This document shows, in pieces, positions 28,538-37,971 of a DNA stretch of 42,654 bases. The translations under genes were made by a program, and so were the position numbers. Position 1 is the stretch's first letter; each line of letters opens with the position of its first letter. The stretch lies in IMG/VR virus record IMGVR_UViG_3300035661_000128, positions 1 to 42,654 of that record; one strand, written 5' to 3'. The stretch comes from a virus (taxonomy: Duplodnaviria; Caudoviricetes). The notes under the pieces are model-generated. The model was given only the letters and a program-made list of their open reading frames with translations. It had not been told where the DNA came from and ran no database searches.

Positions 28538-31164
28538 TGCAAGTTCATCACAAAAGCAAAGCTGAGCTGGAATTAGAAGCTCTGAATTCCCGCTTGGGAG
28601 TTGAAGACAAAGACCTGGCCCTGCCGCCTATTAACTCTATTCCCAGTATTGACTTTGTTCCGCACACTATCTTCTTGCTGTGTGGGCCGACCATGTCTGG
28701 TAAATCTACGTTTGCTGAAGATCTGGTGTATTTAGCTGAGAGTAATGGGCTTACGTACTCTATCCTTAGTTCCGAAGAAAATCGGAAATCCATGTTGTGG
28801 GATGCTGGTATTTCAGATTCAGGAGATAGATATTCAGATTTAATGAGTTCAGTTAGTCCCCAAGCTTTCGAAAAACTTATGTTGGATCTGAAGCTGACTG
28901 TTTCCTTTCCTATCTGTACTCAAATCGTGGTTATGGACACGACTGGTATGGATGAACGATTCCGTAACGAAGTTAAAGCAATCGGGACAGGGGCTGGATA
29001 TAGAGTCTGTCTGGTTACGTTTGAATACAAGACCAGGTCAAACTACTATCCTGAAAATGCTTCAGCTAACGTTAAAGATATAGTTAGCAAAAGTGCAGCT
29101 AGATTCCGTCAGAAAGTTTTGCCTAGTTTAGGTGCCAGGGATTTTGATGGACGTATCCGTATCAAGAGCCGTGAAGCTTTTGGTTGGGATGTTCCTCGTG
29201 AAGAAACCTGGTGGGATGAATCAGTTTTATCAGAATGGGTTGATAATGCTATTAGCCCGTTAGGTAAAAATAAGATTGAGATTTTCCTGTCCTGTACTGA
29301 ATATCATGGGTCATATCTTGATACTAGGGACGATCCTATCTATGGCGTGATCGGTGACTCGCATGAATGTGTAGAAGAGCTGGCTAAGCTGATTGAGATC
29401 TTAGAAACTAGGTTTCCCCATATCCGTATTGTCCATGTAGGTGACTACTTGGATAAAGGTAAGGATACTGAGAAAATGATTAATTTCATGTATGACCGCA
29501 TGGGTATGGGTGACCTTATCGTTGTTGGTAACCATGAAAACTACGTAGCCAAGCGGATCCGAGGGGAACTCAAGCCTAACTTGGACTTAGAACAAAGTTA
29601 CTTTACTTCGGTTCCCGTTTTGCTTGCTGATCCGGATCTAGCAGCAAAATTTCTAGATATCTTCTCGGCTTCAAAAGAGTTCTTGAAACTGGGACGTGAC
29701 GATTCCGTAGGTGGTAACCCCTTCTACGTTACTCAGGCTCCTTGTGATATTCGGGCTCTTGGTAAGGTTCACGATCAAGCTTTACGTGAACAACGGAACT
29801 ACTTCTTTAAGGATCGGACCAAACCGATCATGGAGGAGTTTGAATTTCTGTATGGGCAGGCTCGGTATGAACATCCTTTACACATCTTCGGTCATGTAAG
29901 TCATACTGTAACGGAATGGAAAGGATTCAAGTACAAGAACAAGGTTTGGCTTGACTCTGGTGCTGTGTACGGCGGTAAACTAACAGCTTGCGTGGTTGAG
30001 CATGGCCGGGTGGTTGACTTTATTTCGGTCGATTGCAAAGCCCGTGACACGGCTGAACTGCCGTCGAACTTAGGATACGGTCCTAAGCCTAAGGAGCGGA
30101 TTTTTAACCTGGCTGACTATGACCTGGACATCCGTGATCTTCGCTTGCTCAAGCAGGTTGAAGAAAATGGAGTTCAGTACATTTCTGGGACCATGGCTCC
30201 GGCTCCTAGTCAAGGTGGTGAAATCGAGCCTCTTCTGTCAGCTTTTGATTGGTACAGAAAGCTGGGTATCAAACAGGTTGTGTTGCAGCCTAAGTACATG
30301 GGTAGTCGGTGTCAATTCTACTTGTCTGAAAGTGAGCCATATAAGACCTTCTGCGTGAGTAGAGGGGGTTGGGTTATCAAGGGACTTGAAGGTAAGACTG
30401 AAGAAGAGTTTAAAACTTTCTTGAAAGAAACTAGAGAAAAATTTGTACCTTTATTGGACGAATTTGGCGACCTGATTCTAGATGGTGAGTTGCTTCCTTG
30501 GTCTGCATTAGGTCAGGGTTTGATCGATAACTCATTTGACCCCTATGAAAAACTAGTTGGAAATCAATTGGTCCAATTAGGACTTGGGGCTTGGCCGGCA
30601 GAACTTAGTGAGTTTAAGGAAAGTCTTAAAATTAACTCTAAGCTTCAAAACTTAGGTAGATTCGTAGAAGTTCTAGGGCGATATTCTAAGAAGACTCCGG
30701 CCGAGTTTAGAGCTTTCGATGTTCTCAAGTGGGAGAATAAAGAAGCATTAATGCCTAAAACGGCTTCTGGTCGATTCAACTTGGTTAACAAAGACTCTCA
30801 GTTCTTGGTTAATCTGGAAGATGAAGATTCTGTTGCTAGTGCTGCCAAGTTCTTCACTGGTATCACGGTTGAGCAGGATATGGAAGGCGTTGTTGTTAAG
30901 CCTAACGAGCCTTGTGAATTGCCGTATATGAAGGTACGTTCTACAGAGTATCTGAGACTTGTTTATGGCTATGACTATCTGGACACCGACAGGTATGCCA
31001 GGCTTTGCAGACAAAAGCGAGTTGAAGGCAAGGTTAGACTTAGTATCAAAGAGCACAAACTTGCAACAGCAATGTTGGAAGCTAGTGGAGATGCTAAGAA
31101 AGAGATTGTTGTTAAGCTTATTGGTGAAATGAAGCTTGAGAAAGAATTGGATCCGAGACTATAA
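28537..31164 (+). CDS. pnkp: bacterial-type polynucleotide kinase/phosphatase/ligase (Pnkp)
   Basis: P-loop GPTMSGKST; phosphoesterase GDSH, GDYLDKG, GNHE, FGH, LDSG; ligase ISGTMAP, QPKYMGSR, LDGELLPW, EGVVVKP, KVRSTEYLRLVYG, LDPRL; TGATG coupling to hen1. Confidence 0.92.
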   Translation: MQVHHKSKAELELEALNSRLGVEDKDLALPPINSIPSIDFVPHTIFLLCGPTMSGKSTFAEDLVYLAESNGLTYSILSSEENRKSMLWDAGISDSGDRYSDLMSSVSPQAFEKLMLDLKLTVSFPICTQIVVMDTTGMDERFRNEVKAIGTGAGYRVCLVTFEYKTRSNYYPENASANVKDIVSKSAARFRQKVLPSLGARDFDGRIRIKSREAFGWDVPREETWWDESVLSEWVDNAISPLGKNKIEIFLSCTEYHGSYLDTRDDPIYGVIGDSHECVEELAKLIEILETRFPHIRIVHVGDYLDKGKDTEKMINFMYDRMGMGDLIVVGNHENYVAKRIRGELKPNLDLEQSYFTSVPVLLADPDLAAKFLDIFSASKEFLKLGRDDSVGGNPFYVTQAPCDIRALGKVHDQALREQRNYFFKDRTKPIMEEFEFLYGQARYEHPLHIFGHVSHTVTEWKGFKYKNKVWLDSGAVYGGKLTACVVEHGRVVDFISVDCKARDTAELPSNLGYGPKPKERIFNLADYDLDIRDLRLLKQVEENGVQYISGTMAPAPSQGGEIEPLLSAFDWYRKLGIKQVVLQPKYMGSRCQFYLSESEPYKTFCVSRGGWVIKGLEGKTEEEFKTFLKETREKFVPLLDEFGDLILDGELLPWSALGQGLIDNSFDPYEKLVGNQLVQLGLGAWPAELSEFKESLKINSKLQNLGRFVEVLGRYSKKTPAEFRAFDVLKWENKEALMPKTASGRFNLVNKDSQFLVNLEDEDSVASAAKFFTGITVEQDMEGVVVKPNEPCELPYMKVRSTEYLRLVYGYDYLDTDRYARLCRQKRVEGKVRLSIKEHKLATAMLEASGDAKKEIVVKLIGEMKLEKELDPRL

Positions 31165-31179
31165 AGTCTGGACATAGGA

Positions 31180-31212
31180 GAAAGATAGGGGTAAAATACT
31201 ATCTTTCTTTTT
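31180..31212 (+). terminator. probable Rho-independent terminator
   Basis: GAAAGATAG...CTATCTTTC + T run. Confidence 0.6.
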
Positions 31213-31249
31213 ATATAAACAGATTTACAATTAGGTTATATTAGAATTT

Positions 31250-31438
31250 ATGAAGTTTAATGTTGGAGAACAAGTTAAAGAGGTTGATTCTACCGCTACC
31301 GGAGTAATAGTAACTTCCTGGGATGAACCCGGTCAAGGGCCAGTGTATGTTGTTAGGCTTGATAAACCTGCAGGATGGTTAGATATTAGAGTAGAAGATA
31401 AATTAGTTTCTCTATATGGAAAGTCAAGTAATGCTTAA
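31250..31438 (+). CDS. small SH3-like hypothetical protein
   Basis: MKFNVGEQV...TGVI...YVVRLD. Confidence 0.55.
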   Translation: MKFNVGEQVKEVDSTATGVIVTSWDEPGQGPVYVVRLDKPAGWLDIRVEDKLVSLYGKSSNA

Positions 31439-31913
31439 GTTACAATTAGATGCAAACGCTGTTTCAACTTTGTTTCCAGCTGGGTCTGAAATGTTCTTGC
31501 ATTTGCAGCAGTCGGTTTTGCAGGAAACTACTAAGAGAGCTTTAAAAGGACTTAGTCAAGCTGAGATTCAAGACTTGGTTAGAGAAAATTCTAAAAAGGT
31601 TTCAGCCGAAGTTAATAAGGAATTAAAAGAGATTTATAAAGAATCTTATGGGGGCTGGAATGCGGATGTTAGTCTTAGTAGTAGAGCTAAAGATGAAATT
31701 AGAAAAGAAGTCAATGAAGCTTTTAGGGATACTATAGTACAGAAAATAGCTGAAATAAAAAGTTATTATGAAACTGATGCTAGTAAAGCCTTTAAAGCTA
31801 TGGTTAGTAAGTGTATAGAAGAAGAAATTTGGAAACAAATCTCAGAATCTGGATTCTTAAAAGAACAACTTAGCTTGATTATTAAAGAAAAACTAAAAGG
31901 AGTGTTAGGGTGA
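31416..31913 (+). CDS. hypothetical protein
   Basis: 165 aa helical ORF; start may be ATG 31431. Confidence 0.6.
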   Translation: MESQVMLKLQLDANAVSTLFPAGSEMFLHLQQSVLQETTKRALKGLSQAEIQDLVRENSKKVSAEVNKELKEIYKESYGGWNADVSLSSRAKDEIRKEVNEAFRDTIVQKIAEIKSYYETDASKAFKAMVSKCIEEEIWKQISESGFLKEQLSLIIKEKLKGVLG

Positions 31914-32335
31914 GTGATTTTTTTTTAAGGGGTATTAATGATGTTGGAGCTGAGCGGCTTCGACAAATTGAAGAAGAGGGTTTTAGTTCTGAAAAGGACG
32001 ATCAGTACGAGCCTGGAACCTTAGCTGTAGCAGGAGCTTGCTATGGGGTCCATGCGGCCTTTATGCGAAATAAAGGACCCGAAGGTTTGGTACTAGAAGG
32101 TGTACCTGAATGGTGGCCTTGGGAGTCTTCTTGGTGGAAGCCAAGTGAAAATTTGAGACAGAACTTAGTTAAGGGTGCTGCACTCTTGATCGCTGAGATC
32201 GATAAGATTGATCGGGAAGAAGCTCAGAAAAATCAGGTTAAAAAGGATCCTACTAAAATTGATAACATTGAAGCTGATCAAATTGAAGCTGATGTCCTTG
32301 AAGCTGGTCAAATCGAACAGGGTGGTGTAATTTGA
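31910..32335 (+). CDS. conserved phage protein (AERxRQ...WPW family)
   Basis: AERLRQIEEEG...DD...LA.AGACY...WPW..SWWKP...LVKGAALLIAEIDKID. Confidence 0.7.
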   Translation: MSDFFLRGINDVGAERLRQIEEEGFSSEKDDQYEPGTLAVAGACYGVHAAFMRNKGPEGLVLEGVPEWWPWESSWWKPSENLRQNLVKGAALLIAEIDKIDREEAQKNQVKKDPTKIDNIEADQIEADVLEAGQIEQGGVI

Positions 32336-32649
32336 GCTTAGTAGGTGTAGCTAGACTGGGTGACTCTGCGTCTGGTACTTGTACTGCTCATTCTGGGTCT
32401 AGAGCTTGGACTGGGCATATAGATACGGTCAGCTCTAATTTCGATGTTGATGGGGTCAGAGCTGCTTTACTTAATGATACCGGCAACTGTAGTTGCGGTC
32501 ATAGATTTAGGATAAATAGTGCTAGCCCTGTGCTTAGTAATAATGGTGTTGCTGTTGCTAGGAATGGAGATCAGGTAGTTATGATCGCTGGTGGGACTGG
32601 TCCTGGCGGAACTATAACTTCAGGATCTAGTAACGTGGTAACTACATGA
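32332..32649 (+). CDS. PAAR-like spike tip protein
   Basis: VARLGD, C..H, AALLND..CSCGH, VARNGD, ITSGSSNV repeats. Confidence 0.8.
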   Translation: MSLVGVARLGDSASGTCTAHSGSRAWTGHIDTVSSNFDVDGVRAALLNDTGNCSCGHRFRINSASPVLSNNGVAVARNGDQVVMIAGGTGPGGTITSGSSNVVTT

Positions 32650-33188
32650 CGAAAGAACAAAATAAGTTCGGAAAGATTGGTATTGGCGTAGACCCTGGCT
32701 GGGTTAATCTAGGGTTTGCTAGCGTAGTTCAGGTCGAACCATTTAAGGTTAGGATTCTTAGATGTGACACGTTTAATCCAAGAGATGGAATGGGTGGGTC
32801 ATTGGGTTTAGTTAAAGATATTGAAACTTATCTTACAGAAGAATTAGGTAATGACGGAATGGATTCTGTTGTTATAGAACGCTTCGCACCTTATAACAAC
32901 GTAATGTCTCCGGAAGCAGAAAATATAACTATGCTTGTTGGCTCGTTAAATTATATGTTTAAGTATTGTGGCGTGTCTATTTCTAGTATACAATTAACCC
33001 GCGCTATAGATTGGAAAATCAAGTTAGCCAAGTTGTTAGCTAAGAATACTTCCTTTAGGAATCCTAGTTCTGACTTGGATAAGAAGTTTTCTATAGCTGC
33101 AGCTAAAGCAATATCAATTAACCCGGAGATAATCAAAGATGACCACACCGCAGACGCCGTATGTCTCGCCACTATTAACCTTTTTTAA
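32646..33188 (+). CDS. RuvC-like Holliday junction resolvase
   Basis: IGVDPG..NLGFA, VVIE, WK, DHTADA. Confidence 0.85.
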   Translation: MTKEQNKFGKIGIGVDPGWVNLGFASVVQVEPFKVRILRCDTFNPRDGMGGSLGLVKDIETYLTEELGNDGMDSVVIERFAPYNNVMSPEAENITMLVGSLNYMFKYCGVSISSIQLTRAIDWKIKLAKLLAKNTSFRNPSSDLDKKFSIAAAKAISINPEIIKDDHTADAVCLATINLF

Positions 33189-33192
33189 CGAA

Positions 33193-33453
33193 ATGAAAAA
33201 GCGGTATCAAACTAAGTTTTATCCTCAAAAAAACCAGGTTCAAACTAAGCCCGAAACTAAATTAGTAGAAGAGTTTGATGATTTTCCGCTTTTAAATAAT
33301 TACGTTTCAGGTAGAGATGTCGTAGTTATTCCTAAGGACTGGGATACAACTAAGTTTTCAAATAAGACTCAAAACGTTATTCGGCATATAGAATCCCAGA
33401 ATAAACTACTTAGACTTAACTTTATTTATACTCCGGCTATTGTTCGGAATTGA
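33193..33453 (+). CDS. hypothetical protein
   Basis: 86 aa from ATG 33193. Confidence 0.5.
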   Translation: MKKRYQTKFYPQKNQVQTKPETKLVEEFDDFPLLNNYVSGRDVVVIPKDWDTTKFSNKTQNVIRHIESQNKLLRLNFIYTPAIVRN

Positions 33454-33466
33454 ACTTGGTTTTAGT

Positions 33467-33495
33467 TTCAATTTTTTTCAAATGTCTGGTATAAG
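33467..33495 (+). promoter_or_regulatory. recurring phage promoter motif
   Basis: TTCAAT-N17-TATAAG with TGG. Confidence 0.65.
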
Positions 33496-33546
33496 AGTTT
33501 TACATAGAGACCTTTCTATTAATTTAAAACTTGAAAGAAAATAAGA

Positions 33547-33780
33547 ATGATCTTTGCTCAAAACGTTGCTAAACTGAAGACTGCTGGTGGGTTTAATGCT
33601 ACTCAATTTGAAGAGTTTACCGGCGTGAGTCGGCGTACTCTGGGTCGCATTCTTGCTAACCGTCGCAGTCGTGCTGGTGAGTATATTCCCACTGCTACCA
33701 CGGTCCAGCGTATTGCTAAGACCCTGTCGGTGCCGTCGGAATATGTTCTCAAGCATCGGTTGGATATTACCGTTAGCTAA
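33547..33780 (+). CDS. XRE/Cro-family HTH protein
   Basis: F..FTGVSRRTL.RI...P...TVQRIAKTL.VP. Confidence 0.8.
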   Translation: MIFAQNVAKLKTAGGFNATQFEEFTGVSRRTLGRILANRRSRAGEYIPTATTVQRIAKTLSVPSEYVLKHRLDITVS

Positions 33781-33815
33781 CCAAGTTTTAACTGTGTTTT
33801 TACTGGAGATGTGAC

Positions 33816-33992
33816 ATGAGTATTCAAGAAGTTGCTGTTTATCCTGACGAGGGCTTTGCAGTTATGAAAGATGATGAAGGTGCATTTCTAATGTTTAAGG
33901 ATACGGATGAAATCGTACCCCTAACAGAAGTAGAACATGGTAAAATTTGGAAGCTAGAAAAAAATCCTGCTACACCAGAAATGGCTTGGTAA
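33816..33992 (+). CDS. small acidic hypothetical protein (58 aa)
   Basis: Not in the track; GGAG RBS, MSIQEVAVYPDEG...PEMAW*. Confidence 0.6.
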   Translation: MSIQEVAVYPDEGFAVMKDDEGAFLMFKDTDEIVPLTEVEHGKIWKLEKNPATPEMAW

Positions 33993-34006
33993 GGTAAAGT
34001 GTCAAT

Positions 34007-35151
34007 AACCTTGGATACCTACAATTTTCCTAATATTGTCCAGATCGGACTTAGGCCAATTTTGTTCGTATCCAGGTTCATTCACATTTATGCACGATGC
34101 AGTAGCCGCCTAAAAAGCAGTGGTTAAGTTACTAACCGCATAAACTTTCGGCGTCCTAAAGGACCCCGACGGACGTGATCTCGAACTTCGAAGTTTATAT
34201 ATTAATTTTATGTATAAGCTTATATAAAATTAATAACTGGGGTCACCAGACACGATGAGTGCATCACAAAAACTTAGTTAGTTCTAAGTTAGATAGTTAA
34301 GATTTATGTTGCGGGGTAGAGAAGCTCGGTCATCTTGCTAGCCTCATAAGCTAGAGAACACTGGTTCAAATCCAGTTCCCGCATCCAAAAATACTTACTA
34401 GAACCAGCAAATTGGGATAACCAAGCGGTGGGGACTGTATAATCCAGTCAGGTAGGTATATAGTTTTTACAGACAAGAGTATACCGAAAGGTTCTGAATC
34501 GCTACGGTTCGGATATTTCTTTTCAAAAATTTCGGAAGAAAATTTCGAAATCTGGTTTTCCAAACAAGTCTTGTCAATATTTAGGCTAGTAGATAATCTT
34601 AGCCCGGTCGAACGGAAGCGCTTCACTAAGTTATCTACTAGATCCTGCCCTTTATGACGTTAAGTATAACGACCTTAGAAAGCCTAGCTTAGAGATAATA
34701 TTTAGCTAAAAACTTTATTATTATTTTTTTGTTATGTTTTCAGGCCTCGGAGGTTAGATACTAACTTCCAAACTTTTGGCCAACGCCTACGGCTTATGGC
34801 CGAGCTTGAAACATATGACGTCATGGTGGGGCCCTAGGCCGCCGACCAGGTACCGGTTAGATCCGGATCCTGGTCTTCACGTCTTCACGTCTCATGAGTT
34901 AACGTTTATTTGTATTTCTCGTTGAGTACAACGACAGTAAAAATTATTAAATATTTTGTTAATTAATATCAATTACTAATAATTTTTACTAGGTCTTGTA
35001 AGATGTAACGTCTTGCATTTATTATGGCCTCGCTGAGGCCTGGAAAAAGAAGAGAATGCTGGGGTGTCTGGGTAGCCGGAGCTGGAGCTCCAGTTAGACA
35101 GCTGAAAAAGAGCTCATCTCCCCTGCACCTGCACATCTCGCACATCTCTTC
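34007..35151 (+). ncRNA. putative array of structured non-coding RNAs (or one large ncRNA) around tRNA(CAT)
   Basis: No + strand ORF of 60 aa or more; about 10 consecutive closed stems (see findings). Strand is assumed from the tRNA and upstream promoter. Confidence 0.5.
34310..34387 (+). tRNA. tRNA with CAT anticodon (Met/fMet-like; Ile2 not excluded)
   Basis: Acceptor TGCGGGG/TCCCGCA, anticodon arm CTAGC-CTCATAA-GCTAG, T arm ACTGG-TTCAAAT-CCAGT, encoded CCA. Confidence 0.9.
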
Positions 35152-35247
35152 TCGTCAACGAAACAACTGAAAAGTTTAGAATCAATAAAAAATTTTAAAC
35201 TTTTCTTTTAGCATAGTTAAATTGTAATTAAATCAAATAATATATAT

Positions 35248-36255
35248 ATGAATAAATCAGAAATGGATAAACTAAATATCGGTGATTTTATCATCAATAA
35301 ATATAACAAAGATATATTTAGGATTCAAACTCTTAGGTCTTCAAGTGTAGTTGCATATTCTATACTTCAAGATAATCATAGAAATCAAACCATAGATAAT
35401 AGTAGAATTTTAGATGTTTATGATCTATATACTTCAGTAGCTATTTTATATCACGACTCTTGTACAGATGGTCTTGGCGCTAAGTACGCAGCTTGGAAGA
35501 AATATGGTGATGACGCTACGTATTTAGCTGTGCAATATAATAGGCCTGTACCAGATTTATTAAAATTCACTGAAGTTTATATAGTTGATTTTTGTTATCC
35601 TAAGGCTGTGTTAGAAGAGATAAAAAACAAGGTTTCTAAACTTTTAGTTATTGATCATCACAAAACAGCCGAAGAAGACTTAGCTGGTGTTGATTATGCT
35701 ATTTTTGATATGAATAAATCCGGGGCTGTTTTAGCTTGGGAATACTTTCATCCAAGGACTCCAGTTCCAGGCCTACTCGAATATATTCAAGATAGGGATA
35801 TTTGGACCTGGAAACTAAAAGATACCAAGTCTGCACTCAATGTTTTAAAACTTCATGGTAATGACGTTACCACCTGGGATGAACTAGATAAAACCCTGCT
35901 AAGTAGATTAGGTCAAGGTATAGCAGTATCTCTATATCAAGATGTAGAAATCAAATCTGCAATCAGAGAAGACAAAATAAAATTTGGTTTCTATAAAGGT
36001 TTTAAAGTAGCTATAACCAATGTCACCCACTTAACTTCTGAAGTATTATCCCAGCTTTGTGAAAGTTGGGGTATAGATTTTTCCATTGGATACTTCATTG
36101 ATCCTAACGGTGTAGTTTGTTTAAGCTTTAGATCGATAGGGGACTTTGATGTATCTGCATTAGCTAAAGAGCTAGGTGGTGGTGGACATAAAAACGCTTC
36201 TGGGGCTAGGGCTAATTTAGATTGGTTAAAGAAACTATATGATGGAACTCTCTAA
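35248..36255 (+). CDS. DHH/DHHA1 phosphoesterase (NrnB-like) with N-terminal extension
   Basis: YH.SCTDG, IVDF, IDHH, SGA.LAW, DRDIW.W, SFRS, GGGGHKNASG. Confidence 0.9.
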   Translation: MNKSEMDKLNIGDFIINKYNKDIFRIQTLRSSSVVAYSILQDNHRNQTIDNSRILDVYDLYTSVAILYHDSCTDGLGAKYAAWKKYGDDATYLAVQYNRPVPDLLKFTEVYIVDFCYPKAVLEEIKNKVSKLLVIDHHKTAEEDLAGVDYAIFDMNKSGAVLAWEYFHPRTPVPGLLEYIQDRDIWTWKLKDTKSALNVLKLHGNDVTTWDELDKTLLSRLGQGIAVSLYQDVEIKSAIREDKIKFGFYKGFKVAITNVTHLTSEVLSQLCESWGIDFSIGYFIDPNGVVCLSFRSIGDFDVSALAKELGGGGHKNASGARANLDWLKKLYDGTL

Positions 36256-36883
36256 GCTAAAAAACAGATTTATCGTTGTAGAAGGCATTGATGGAAGTGG
36301 TAAAACGGAGCTTATATCTAAGTTGAGGACTGGGCTTGGAGAAAAGTTTAAGCCTAGCCTTGTTCAGTCAGTGAGACAGCCCGGTGGTGATACAGTTGGT
36401 AAGGCTGTACGACAATTGTTACTTAGTGACATAGATGAGACCATTCCCCCTATAAGTAGGTTATTGCTATTACAGGCAGCTCGATATGAAACAATGGAGT
36501 TTATTGACTCTTACGTTACTCAATATCCTTTGGATTGGGTGCTATGTGATAGGCATATTGATTCAACTTATGCGTATCAAGGAACGGAAGGGGTTAAAAG
36601 CGAAGAGATAGATTCGACACTGAGTTTATTTAAGAACTTTGTTGAGCCTAGCATAACCATCTATCTTGATGTAGATGTTGACATAGCTTTAAGTAGGATA
36701 AGAGCTGCTAGGACGGCTTTAGATGTGTATGACGGTGCTGGGCTAGATTTCTTTCAATGTGTCAAGGTTAGATATGAAGAGAGAATAAAATTAGATCCAT
36801 CTAGGTTTTTGGTTGTAGATGCTAATAAACCTGCTGGGCTGGTTTTTGAAGAAGTTTTTAACTATTTACTTTCACGGAGCTAA
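36239..36883 (+). CDS. tmk: thymidylate kinase
   Basis: FIVVEGIDGSGKT, RQPGG, LCDRHIDSTYAYQG, YLDVD. Confidence 0.93.
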   Translation: MMELSKLKNRFIVVEGIDGSGKTELISKLRTGLGEKFKPSLVQSVRQPGGDTVGKAVRQLLLSDIDETIPPISRLLLLQAARYETMEFIDSYVTQYPLDWVLCDRHIDSTYAYQGTEGVKSEEIDSTLSLFKNFVEPSITIYLDVDVDIALSRIRAARTALDVYDGAGLDFFQCVKVRYEERIKLDPSRFLVVDANKPAGLVFEEVFNYLLSRS

Positions 36884-36885
36884 TT

Positions 36886-37722
36886 ATGTACGTAATTGAC
36901 TATGACTATATCTTGGGTCAAAAAGAAACGCCTGCTGTTGTTCGAAATCTTATCCATCAAGTTAAAAAGAATGGTGCTGTTTCAGTAGGGGAATGGGTTA
37001 AGTCTCAATCTACTTTGGATTTGATTAGTATTTCCAGTGCTGCGGAGATGCTTTCAAGTCTACCTAGTGCTATTAAGTCTCCTATTGGGTTTCTCCCGGT
37101 AGAAGTAGCTCATTCCTTTATCATTCTTACTGATGTTTTATCTTCAGCTGAAGGATTAGAGATCTCAGGGGTTAAAAAGACTCGTCTGAGAGCTTATCTG
37201 CTTCAATCGTATATCTCTATGGAGATTCTTAAACGTAGAGGTTTTGAATTTGAGATCTTTTATAACAATATGAGCCTTAGTGAAGATGTTTCGGACATAG
37301 GTAGTACTAGGCCTATAGCAGACGGTAAAGCTTTAGCTGAACAGATGAAGTTTCATGTTGGCTCTGAGAACCTATCAGACATTGGTAAGATTGCAGTTGA
37401 TAAATTACATTCTTCAACTAAGTTTGATTCAAGAAGTGATCTGCTGAAGGACGATCTTAACATGACTAGTATGCCTGATTCCGATCCTTTAGTCGCTAAG
37501 GTCGTTCGTTTCAAATACGACCCTGAAAAAGACGGTCCTCTTGAAGACTTTATGCAAGATAAGATAGAAGGCCTTATCAGTCAATACCAAGAAGAGCTAG
37601 GTCCAGGCTACGATGTTCAAGTTGGTAAGATCACTAAAAAGGATTCAACTCAGAATACTAACCTAGAAGAACCTAAAAAAAAATCAATTTGGTCTAGGTT
37701 AAAAGCCTGGATTCAAGGCTAA
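36886..37722 (+). CDS. hypothetical protein
   Basis: 278 aa ORF ending in an amphipathic KKSIWSRLKAWI. Confidence 0.7.
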   Translation: MYVIDYDYILGQKETPAVVRNLIHQVKKNGAVSVGEWVKSQSTLDLISISSAAEMLSSLPSAIKSPIGFLPVEVAHSFIILTDVLSSAEGLEISGVKKTRLRAYLLQSYISMEILKRRGFEFEIFYNNMSLSEDVSDIGSTRPIADGKALAEQMKFHVGSENLSDIGKIAVDKLHSSTKFDSRSDLLKDDLNMTSMPDSDPLVAKVVRFKYDPEKDGPLEDFMQDKIEGLISQYQEELGPGYDVQVGKITKKDSTQNTNLEEPKKKSIWSRLKAWIQG

Positions 37723-37733
37723 GTTCTAAAAAT

Positions 37734-37753
37734 AGCCCTTCGGGGCTTTTTTT
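37734..37753 (+). terminator. Rho-independent terminator
   Basis: AGCCC-TTCG-GGGCT + T run. Confidence 0.85.
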
Positions 37754-37971
37754 ATGTTACCTGGCTACTAGGGTAGCCTACTACCAATTAAATTGATTCT
37801 AGGTACCGTAGATCGCGTTTAAACGGTATTCGATAACGTATGGGTAGGTAGGGTATATAGCTTGGGTAAAAAAATGGGAATTGGAACTTGGTGTGGAGCT
37901 CTGCTCTGTTTTGGTGTAGGTTAAGAAGTTAGTTTATGCTAACTTATTTATTAGGGTTAACCCTATACCAT

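Noticed and set aside
34392-34458. Third tRNA
   Set aside because: No D arm, TTC loop or CCA; kept only as a structured module.
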